Below, in pieces: positions 54,050 through 64,000 of a stretch of 64,000 bases of DNA. The notes beneath the pieces were generated by a model. It was not told the DNA's origin and did no database searches. It was given only the letters and a program-made list of their open reading frames with translations. The first letter of the stretch is position 1. Each line of letters starts with the position of its first letter. The translations under genes were made by a program, and so were the position numbers. The stretch is from Callorhinchus milii (Eukaryota), in assembly GCF_018977255.1 (NCBI RefSeq), contig NW_024704743.1, positions 47,184,001 through 47,248,000 of the forward strand, written 5' to 3'.

Positions 54050-54220
54050 ACTCTGCCTCCTCGCTATTTATATACTATACCCACCTTAAAGCTTACCTCT
54101 TTGACCGCTCCTATGGTGACCACCCCTCCCTTCTCCTTCCTCCTAGATCGGTGTTTAACCTGCCACCGTGAAGCGCTTCGATACTGCAGAAATGGCGCTA
54201 TGTAAATACAAGTAGTTGTT
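54050..54220 (+). mobile_element. L2 3' fragment
   Basis: THLKAYLFDRSY peptide and tail. Confidence 0.7.
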
Positions 54221-55575
54221 GAATGTTTGTTTTTCTGTATAACTTAAATGCGATTTTAAAAAATCTGCAATTCACAGAAGAAATTTTTGTTTTTAACAAA
54301 CTAAAACATGTCGAAAAGAAAGTTAACTCACAGCATTATCAGGTATAAATCAAATTAGATTTTTTTTGCTAAAGGCCCTGAATTATTCTTGTATACTGGA
54401 GTGTGTAGTGGAAATTGGTCTATAACGGAGACTGGATGAGAATTCTTGGGCCAATTGAGTAACTGTTGCTTGATTCCCAACCCAAAGATTGTGAGTTGAG
54501 TCGAAAGCTGCCTCTGAATTTTGCCTCACTGGGGTGAGTTTAATTAATCCACATGAGGTCTCACATGGAAGTACAGCGTTCCATTGTAGGGATTGGGATG
54601 GAATACTAAATCTCAGTTTACTTATATTTGCCTCTTGTCAGCTGAGTGCAGGATGAAAGATGTTCAGATCTGGATTCTCACATTCTTCAATTCTGTAGAA
54701 GAGGGAGAAAATGTAATGTGAGCAGTCTACAATGAAATAAAAGTGAAGGGATAAAAAGAGGAAGAGGAAACGAATGATGACCTGATTTTATTTCTTCTTA
54801 CAGCTAAATTTAGAGACAGAAACAGTTAAATGATCTTGAGGAAATTGGATAGGCAAACTAGATGGAGCAATTGCCGATTCCTGACTGCAGTTGCTGCAAT
54901 GTTCCTATAAATCATAATTAGCTCATAGTGATTCAAGCTTCATTTAAGACTTCAAGATATCAAATTCTAAATGCTGCTCCAATAAAGCTTGGGAATAGAG
55001 TGACTCCAGGAAACTTCCTAATAATCAAGACTATTAGGATCTTTATTGTTCATTGTATTCTAATCCATTAGGCATGCACAATGGAAACAAAAAATTAACA
55101 ACCAATTTTTTGACAGACTCACCAGCTCAAAAAAAATCCTAACATTTGTAACATCCTGGATCTGAATGTACCTACAAAAGTATTTTAAAAGACATCATTC
55201 ACATACATAAGTTTTGTGACTCAAGCTGACATGAATGCTGTTGCTTAAGCTCCGGTCAGTTGGTTTCCATAGCTCCATGGTGTGTGGCAGAAGCAACAGC
55301 AGCAGTTACGCATTCTTGAAATGATTAACTGATTAACTGTGTTAAAGTGCAAGTAGAGAACTTTAGTGATTCTACTGATTAATGGTTGACTGGACCTCTT
55401 TGTTCACCAGTTGTTAACTGGCATCATTCCACTGTCTACAGAAGCACAGTAGTAAAATAGCACATCCCGTCCACAATTACCAGAAATGAATTCCTTTGAC
55501 TGGAAGGATTGCATGTTCTGCTTGATATTTCAATTTAAGGTCTGGTACTATGAGCTAGATGTGATTCTTTGTGAG

Positions 55576-55654
55576 TTTTGTAGGTATGAATAAATTCATC
55601 AAACCCATTTTCATCAAACCCATTTTGTAGGTATGAATAAATTCATCAAACCCA
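55576..55654. repeat. Perfect 32-bp direct duplication separated by a partial third copy
   Basis: TTTTGTAGGTATGAATAAATTCATCAAACCCA at 55576-55607 and 55623-55654. Confidence 0.9.
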
Positions 55655-55727
55655 ATTCATAAAAAGTCCAGTACCATAATTTTTTGGGGGGTCAGTGGGT
55701 GTCTGAACACATGCGAAAACCCATCAT

Positions 55728-57170
55728 AAAAAAGGTAGCAAAAGTGACCCAGGAAACTACAGACCAGTGAGTTTGATGTCCATTGTGGGTAAAGTTATGG
55801 AGACTCTTATTAAAAATAAGATCATGGAGCATCTGGACAGTATTAAAATGATAAAAAATAGCCAATATGGGTGTATGAAGGGGAGATCTTGCCAAACTCA
55901 TTTATTGGTTTTCTTTGACTGTGTGACAAAGGAACTTGATAAGGGTAAGTCATTGGATGTTGTATATCTGGATTTCGGTAAGGCCTTTTATATAGTTCCT
56001 CATGAAAGGCTGGTCTGAAAATAAAGAAAGCAGGAATCAGATGAAGTATCTTGCAATGGATGTACAATTCGCTGGCCAATAGAACCCAGAAGGTGGTGAT
56101 ACAGGGGATGTCATCAGGCTGGGAGAATGTTACTAGTGGAGGTCCACAGGGGTCTGTTTTGGGACCTCTTTTATTTACCATTTCATAAACGACCTGGAGC
56201 TAGGAATCACAAGTACAGTGGCTAAATTTGCAGATGACACAAAGCTAATGAAGGTGGTAGACTGCAAAAATGAACAGGATAGCTTACAGGAGGACTTGAA
56301 CATTCTTGGGAATTGGGCAGATTGATGGCAGATGAAATTTAATGCCGGGCTGTAATAAAAGGGCAATATTGAGCTGAAATAGTGGACTAATCCTGCCACT
56401 TTATAAATCACTGGTGCGACCGCACTTGGAATACTCCCTCCCTCCTTCCCTGGTGAACGTCCTCCCAGGGCAGTGGCAGGAGCTGCAGTTGGGGGAACGC
56501 AACTCGCAGAACCTTTACTGCAGTCTGTCAGGAAGGCAAGTTTATCTCTTATCAACCATGTCCTTAGCAACCAACCATCAGCTCCTGCCTCTGCAGATAG
56601 TGACCCGCGCTTGGAAGATGGGGGGGAGAGAGGGGGGGGGGGGAGGGGGGGGGGGAAAGAGGGGGGGAGGGTGAGAGAGAGAGAGTGGGGGAGAGAGAGG
56701 GGAGTGAAGAGAGGGAGGGAGCGAGTTGTAATGTTGGAAATGGTCTTGGGCTGCCAGTTGGCCCACACTGGTTGTGGCTCGCGGACCTTTGTCAAACAGG
56801 GAATCCGGCAAGCAGCAGCCAAAAGGTTGGACCACCCTGAATTGTAGACCATGATAAGCTGTTTTATCTTGTACTGAACAGTAGAACCAGAGGACATGGC
56901 CTGCAATTGAAAGGGGGTAAATTCAGAACAAATCTGAGAAACACTACTTCAGTGAGCGAGTAGTAAACTTGTGTAACAGGAACCCTAGGACGGCAGTGTA
57001 AGCAGAAAATGTTGTTTGTTTGAAGAACAAATTAGATTTCTGCTAGAAAATAATATCTCAAGATACAGTATATAATTTGGGACATGACATATTAAGCAAC
57101 TGCCAGGATGTGGAAGGTGACCGAGATGGACCTTGGTCTTCTTTCACCTAGCAAATTCTTACATTCTTAT
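55728..57170 (+). mobile_element. 5'-truncated CR1 LINE (decayed RT) with internal deletions and a nested DNA element
   Basis: [41 protein letters not shown] and RTRGHGL peptides; (TTCTTA) tail. Confidence 0.92.
56438..56839. mobile_element. One-ended non-autonomous hAT-like DNA element fragment inside CR1
   Basis: The right end reads CAGGGTGGTCCAACCTTTT on the minus strand, resembling hAT/Charlie TIRs; CR1 homology resumes right after it. Confidence 0.6.
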
Positions 57171-58569
57171 TATCATGCTTAAGAGTATCTAAACCAAGCT
57201 GAGAATTCCATGCATCCTTTCAACACATGGAAATCCCAGAGATAAATTGTTGGAATGGAATGCACACTCTCTCCTTATCTAATACTAGAAAGTATTAAAC
57301 GCAGGTTGGCAAGGGCCAAGGCTTCTCTGGTACCACAAAAATAATGTATCACATTAATCCAACAGCCTTTCATATTTGTTGCAATTACTTGTTTAATCAA
57401 TTAATGTATAATAATAAGAATTTCACCATTTCAGGAGGACGTCTCACAGTGCTTCACAGGATTTATGGGGAAAGTTTAATGACTGTGTATATTGTAGGCA
57501 AATCGGACATTTTGTAGACAAATAGACAAGAAAAGCAAACATTTGGGGTACACCTAGATGATTTGTCCAACGATTCAGATCTAAGTTCTGAATTTGAATT
57601 GCAGTTTGGCAAGATGTGGCAAAATATTGTAGGTACATTCCACCTAAATAGTCAGATGGTACATTGGTTTACGTTTCATACAAGGCATCATTTGATGCCT
57701 TTAACTAATCCATTGGCATTGGTAATAATAGGAATTGAAGAACATAGGAACGGGAGTTGACCAGTCAAGCCTTTTTTCCCATTAGATCTTTGACAATTCC
57801 CTTTTAATTCAATTTCCCCATCTTTTCTCTGTTTCCCTGAATATCCAATCAGAGAACATCGCTCTTAATTTAACTCTCAGCATCCTAACTTTCCATGCCA
57901 TCAAATTGGCTTCAGTTCCATGCAACAGAATCTCCCTACTTTTGTATTATATGAAAGTATTAAATCTCTTGTTATTGAACCCCAGCATTACATTAAACTT
58001 ATTAAAATAATATCAGCACCAGATTCCACCTCACTGCCCACTCCACTTTCTAATCTGCCTGACTCTGGGACATTTGCTCTGTTTACAGTTTATCATGTGT
58101 TTCTATCATTTATCTACTATATTTAAGGAATTTAGAAATAGTGTATCCTCAAGTGTATTGCACAGTGGGTAAGAATTGTAAATCTTTGGTTGATAAAAAA
58201 TGCTATTATAAAGCAAGGCACAATAAAAAGATGAAACATTATGCTGCATAAAGAATTGTATAAATTTGAATATTTCACATAGTAACATAAGTGTAATAGT
58301 TCAGCAAAAGTAACCATGATTTAAAGATCCCATGACACAATTTACAAAAGGGAGTTTCTCCCAGTGTCCTGACCAACAATCCCCTAGAATAATTGGTCAT
58401 TGACTGAAATGACTGCTGCAAATTATAGCTCACGTTTGTCAACACTTGTCAGAAAACGCTGCAAAGCACTTTCAGGTATATGGAAGTGACAGATAGTATA
58501 AAAATCCGAATTCTTTCTTTCTATAATTCGTGCATCAATAAATCCACTGGCATCGCATTTCATTTCACC

Positions 58570-58870
58570 TTTTTGTTTTTGGTCAGCCGGGTGTCTGACA
58601 CATACTGAAACCCATCACTATGCTTAAGAGTATCCAAACCAAGCTGAGAATTCCATGCATCCCACCTCCACATGGAAATTCCAGAAATAGATTGTTGGAA
58701 TGGAATGCCCTCTCTCTTCCTGGAGAGACGCATCTGCTTACATCCTAATTCCGGAAAGCATTAGGCACAGGTTGGCAAGAGCCCAGAGTGTGCTTTGGGG
58801 GTAATGCTGGAATCTGACCAGATAAAAATCACATAGCTTGCCATTTCATTTCCCTGGGACAAAGTTACAT
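58570..58870 (-). mobile_element. Family-C copy, uninterrupted 3' end
   Basis: T-rich tail then GGTCAGCCGGGTGTCTGACAC...CTTAAGAGTATCCAAACCAAGCTG. Further copies at 18787-19420, 42470-42938, 55681-55727 plus 57172-57335, and 62980-63085. Confidence 0.7.
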
Positions 58871-58914
58871 AGCTTTCCAGTTTAATTAACAAATTATGCT
58901 TCCCAGATAATTCA

Positions 58915-59035
58915 ACAATAACAACAACAACGAATTGGATTTATATAGCGCCCTTCACAGTAACGGATTGCGGGGCCGAGCCAGGGGGAGGGGGAGGAAA
59001 GTGACCAAAGGCGCGGTCGAAAAGAAAGGTCTTCA
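58915..59035 (-). mobile_element. L2 3' fragment
   Basis: (AAC)n tail and stem-loop motif. Confidence 0.7.
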
Positions 59036-60568
59036 GCATGTTCTTTTTTCCCTTCATTTCTCGGAAATGTGCTTTTAAAAAAAGTTCAGAGTTCTTTGTA
59101 TAACTGCTACTAAATATTAATGGAAGTAAAGCAAAGAGATTGGCGAGATGGCATGCAGAACATGGATTTGAAGAAGCACCGATTATAACCTAAAGACATT
59201 CTCATACATTTTTCATGAAATGATTTTGACATATTTGGTGGTACTGTCCTCTTGAAAGTCTTCAGCTCACTAAAATAAGGAAGTCTCCATCAAACTGTGA
59301 AATACAGAAAGGGAATTCTTTTTTCTGTTACATCTGTTCTGTTAACATTCGTGAGTATTAAATCTCTCTGTCTTCGCTCCTTGCCCCCGTCCCCGTAAAC
59401 TATGGCTAAAATCCAGCAAACAGTGTTGGAAGCTGTAGATGATTTTACATAGAATCATAGAATCTTATCCCACAGAAGGAGGCCATTTGGCCCATTGTGC
59501 CTGTGGATGCTCTTTAAAAGAGTTATGCAACTAGTCCTACTCCCCCGCTCTTACCCTATAGCCCTGTACATTTTTTCTTTCAAGTGCATATCCAATCACT
59601 TTTTGAAAGTTACTATCGAATCTACTTCCACCACCGTTTCAGACCGTAACAACTCTGGTCTTAAAGTAGTTATAATGTAGAATGGAAGAGTGACATTGTG
59701 TGCTCCGTCTGTGGAAACAAAACCATGTTCCTCCTGCTTTAATACCCAGGGGAATGAAAAGAAAAAACGGTTCTCCAGCTACTTTATTTAGCATTTGAAT
59801 TTACTATAACCCAAATGAAATTTTATTTCAAGATGGAAACCCCTCTCCCCCATCCATCCCTGGTATTCATGAAAAGTGATACCTATATTCCATTATACTA
59901 GAAGCTATGAAAAAGCTAAGCAGATTTTACCAGTTTGGCAAATCCCTCGTCTCTTTATCATCATGAAAAAGATATTTTCAAATTGTGGAACATTTGAGAT
60001 GTATTTGTGACTTCTGCCTCCTTTACTTTTCTCTTCCTATGCGATATTTCTTGGTCTGAATCATTTCTCGTATGAGAAGATAGACAAGTTCTCCTCAGTC
60101 TTGAACCAGTCACTAAGGGACTTTACTTCCCCCCCCCTCATTCTCAAGATGTGTGTGTTACTCACAGAGCTAGCATTTATTGGGAGGTTGTCTGAAATTG
60201 GTCCTAGTTTTTCCTTCTAGAAGAGATTGGCAAAGCTGAGATTGGGAACCTATCAAATGGAAGTTACCAGGTACTAAAAGCAACACTAACCACGCCATGT
60301 TGCACCTACAAATACGCGAACACTGTACTTCACAGAAAACCCTGATGGGCTTTGAGATGTTCCAATATTATAGGCACTATACCAAGGGCAAGGTTTATTA
60401 TTGTTAAAGTTACAACATACTGTGCCACTCGACCACAGTTGTCAGTCTGTCGCAATGGGTACCTCAGGTCCTTTCCAGCACTCTAAATCCTACCTGCGTG
60501 AAGGGTACTAGGTAAATTCAAGATTTAATGTCTCATCCAGAGGACAGCATCTGAAACAATGACAGCTC

Positions 60569-60850
60569 CATTGTTTCAGATGCGGTCCTCTGGGTGAGAC
60601 ATTAAATCAATATCTCATTTGCTTGTTGAGGTGTACTTTTAAAAAAATGACACTATTCGAAATGAGAAGAGAATTTCTCAATGTTTAGTGTCAACAACTT
60701 TCTGGCTTTTTCTGGTGTATTGCTCTGTGCAAACTGACAGGCATAATTGCCTACAAATACACAGTCACTTCACTTTACAGAAAACCTCCATGAATAGCTT
60801 TCAAACGTTTCAACACAGTAAGGTGTTATATAAAATGCAAGGATTATTAT
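60569..60850 (+). mobile_element. Older Deu-domain SINE whose first 40 bp are duplicated in inverted orientation
   Basis: Core and tail present; see the hairpin finding. Confidence 0.75.
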
Positions 60851-61424
60851 CAAAACAATGGCGTCTAAATTATGTAGGAACACAGAGATTCACTCTACCT
60901 GAAGGTTGCTATTTAAGTGCAAGTTGTGGTTCTGCCTAGATACATCTTTAACACTATTTTCTCATGAATGTATTTTCACTAAATAGTTTTAATAATAATG
61001 ATAATCCTCGCATTTGATATATTGCCTTATCACGTCTTTGAGACATCTCAAAACGCTTCCCAGAATATACTGTAAAGTGGAGTGGCTATATTTCCAGGCA
61101 ATAACACAAATATGTCAATAATTAATAAAGAATAATAGGCAGGTAGGAATTGCAATAAATGAAGAGAAACTATTTATAGCAATATAATGCACGTTATCTT
61201 CCCCTTTGGTCTTCTGCCTCTAACGCCATCCTTTTTAAAATTATCTTTACGGTCAATCATCTGAATTTTAGAAATGGGATGACAAACCAAAAGGTACTTT
61301 CAGTCTCTTGTTTTGTTTAATATATAATGTGACATTTGTGATAGTGTTGCTTTTTTTCCCTGATGGCAGTTGTCAATCCAGATGTTGACACCCAGTGTGT
61401 TTTGTGGTCTTTGATGTGTGATGA

Positions 61425-61715
61425 CATCCTTCAGATGAGACACTAAACCAAGTCTGCCTGTTCAGTCAGACATTAAATATCCCATGTCACTATTTAAAAA
61501 AGAAGGGAGTTTCTCCCAGTGTCCCGGCCAACAATCCCCAAATAAAATTGATCACTCACTTCATGCCTATTTGTGAGACATTGCTGTGCGCAAATTGGAT
61601 GCTGAGTTCACTCGCAAAACACACAGTTACTGCACTTTACAATAATCCTGTGAAGTGCTTTGAGATGTCCTCTTGACTTGAAAGGCTCTATATCAAATGC
61701 AAAAAATATTATTAT
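61425..61715 (+). mobile_element. Older Deu-domain SINE, 5'-truncated
   Basis: Same core and tail. Similar fragments at about 325-520, 5880-6120, 8270-8780, 12170-12280, 12830-13150, 34620-34850, 36260-36395, 43610-43900, 45775-45920, 51830-51910, 57400-57700, 58315-58520, 60290-60405, 60990-61100 and 63885-63945. Confidence 0.8.
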
Positions 61716-61789
61716 TTTCGCCACCCTCAGCATAAAGAAAGCTCTCTAAACTCTATTTTAGATCTGTTAATGACTATCTTATATTTATG

Positions 61790-62230
61790 TCACCTTGTTA
61801 TAGAGTCGCCAACAAGTGGAAACAATCTATTTATATCTACCTTATAAAATCTCTTACCAGTCTTTCTTGATAGGTGCCTCCCCTCATTCCTGATAAAACC
61901 AAAGTAAATCTATGCTGCCCTCTCTCCATTGCCACCACAATATCTTTCTTGCAGTATGGTGATCTGAAATGTACACAGTATTCCAAATGTTGCCCTTCCC
62001 AAGGTTTTATACAGATTTAACATCATTTTCTTGCTTTTATATTCTATTTCTCTTCACATAAAGTTCAGGAATTCATTTGCCTGCATTCTGGCTTTATGCA
62101 CCCATGTTACTACTTTTGGAGACTAATGAACCTGAATAGCCAAGAAGTATTTGCTCCTGTATTCCTCTTGGGTTCTTAGCCTGTAAGGTAAAGACAGCTG
62201 TTACCAAAGTGAGTCACTTCGCATTTCTCT
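61790..62230 (-). mobile_element. Old CR1 fragment
   Basis: Minus strand encodes LNLYKTLGRATFGILC-like decayed LYKTLVRPHLEYCV region. Confidence 0.7.
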
Positions 62231-63199
62231 ATGAGGCGATTATGAGATGAGCCTTTTTTCAGGAGGGAAACTTCTCACTCACAATGTGACTTGGACACAG
62301 CAGTGACTGAACAAATCAGGACCATCAAATGCAAGAGGCGTCTTATTGTGATGTCACGCGGGTCAGTGTCCAGAAATCGGAGTGAAATGAGACTTGTGCA
62401 AAGCTGAGCAGTCTCACAGGAAAGTACAAGCTCGCGCTCCAAAGACCAAAGGGAAAACTGTGTGACATTACAGCCATGGAAGTAAAAGCTGCCAAACCAA
62501 AGGAAGGTACAGATTAAATAATGACGGTAACATACTGATGTGCAGTCAGAAGAGAACTACTCTTTAACTCCTTGTCATTTGAAACCCCAGGTCAGAGGGG
62601 AAGATGTCATTTACCAAGGTATTGCCCTGTTGGGATGTCATAACATGGTTTAGCAGAAGTTAATTGACTAATTGATAGTTTGACACAAGTGGTGCTGTGA
62701 TGTTCAATAACGCGCACTGGACAGAAATGAGGTATGCAAAATAAACCAAGTGCCATTGATTACAATACATTACCAGCAAGTAGGTCTTTTGATGGGAGTG
62801 GGGGATTTTCATAAAATAATAAGCTCCTAAGGTTGTGTTCCTTGCACAGCAAATGCAATAGACTGGCATTTTATTTTTTATTAGAAATGTTAGATTTTTG
62901 TAAAATTTGTATAAAGGCTCCATCTAGTGGTTGTTGTGTGTGGAGTCATTGGGTTTTCTTTACCTAGGGTGTAATTATTATTTTTACTTGGTCAGCCATG
63001 TGTCTGACACATGCGGAAATCCATCACCATTCTTATCCAAACCAGATTGAGAGTTCCACATATGTATGTCACCTACACCTTGAAATTTTAAGTGATGCAC
63101 ACTGGATAGAATGGGGTATGGAAAATAAACCAAATGCCACTGATTATAATAAATTACCAGCAAGCAGCAAGTAAGCCTATCGCTGTCACTGGATGATTT

Positions 63200-63625
63200 A
63201 TAATAATAATCTTCGCAATTAATATAGTGTCTTATCCCATTGGAGGGACATCTCAAAGCATTTCACAAAATTTACTGGGAAATGTAGTCACTGTGTACTT
63301 GTGGGCGAAATGCGACAGCTGGTAGTGGACAGCAATGTCCTACAAACCACCATGAAGTGAGTGACCAATTTTACTTTGGAATCGTTGGCCAGAACGCTGA
63401 AGAAACTCCCTTCTCTTTTTGAATAGTGCCTTGGGATCCCTGAACAAACAGACAGTACCTCGATTTAAAGTCTCCTCTGAAGGAGGACACCTCCAACAAT
63501 GCAACATACCCCAAGCACTGCATTGGAGCGTCAGTTCAGACTATGTGAGTTCAAGTCCTGACATGGATTTTGAACCCACAACCTTCTGACTCAGAGGCAA
63601 GAGTGCGACCACTGAACCAAGCTGC
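63200..63625 (-). mobile_element. Older Deu-domain SINE, near full length
   Basis: Reverse complement has a tRNA-like head with GGTTCAAAATCC B box, the same core and the same tail. Confidence 0.85.
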
Positions 63626-64000
63626 CACACAATATGAAAACTTCCCTTATAAACACTTACAAACTCTTCCAGATTGTTCTGAAGACATTTGCAGTTTCAA
63701 GGATATGAAAAAAAATTAAAATCTAATATTTTACATTAACTTCATTCCAGATTTCAGCTGCCAGAGCAAATTTGCATAACATTGGATGAATCATAACATT
63801 ATACGGCTATAACAAAATGCAAATTCAAATCTGTACAAAACATACCAAGCACAGTCAGGATCGGTTACCAGTTTAACATTATGCAGGCCTCTGAGTCAGA
63901 AGGTTGTGGGTTCAAATCCCACGTCCGGACTTGAACTCAAATAGTCAAAACACAATGGGCGACTGAACATTATGTGAACTCGACTATAGTTGCTGGTTAC

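Noticed and set aside
56175..56906. 243-aa minus-strand ORF
   Set aside because: It runs across CR1 antisense and a nested DNA-element fragment; a chance fusion.
1..64000. CRISPR array, operon or other prokaryotic-type system
   Set aside because: The sequence is vertebrate intronic/intergenic DNA; there is no repeat-spacer array and no dense gene cluster.

Overview
Eukaryotic genomic DNA, most likely from a cartilaginous fish and plausibly a chimaera/elephant shark. This is inferred from the repeat complement of L2 and CR1 LINEs, Deu-domain SINEs and a young tRNA-Ala SINE. The only host coding sequence I can support is the 46-nt first coding exon of beta2-chimaerin (CHN2, minus strand, 38382-38337, MASSNSSLSGSSVSS). 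Bases 1-38336 are therefore intron 1, and 38.9-64 kb is upstream sequence. The promoter is CpG-rich and bracketed by three G-skewed tandem repeats. The rest is mostly retroelement debris, plus one full-length, nearly intact L2 LINE (25060-28755) and a few non-autonomous DNA elements. Almost all ORFs in the supplied track are spurious or TE-derived. I found no new multi-gene system. The best second-look items are an unclassified retroposon family hit three times within about 20 nt by other retroelements, a 40-bp SINE-derived fold-back hairpin, an array of decoy splice donors right after CHN2 exon 1, and the near-intact ORF1-less L2. Boundaries of old repeats were read by eye and are approximate.
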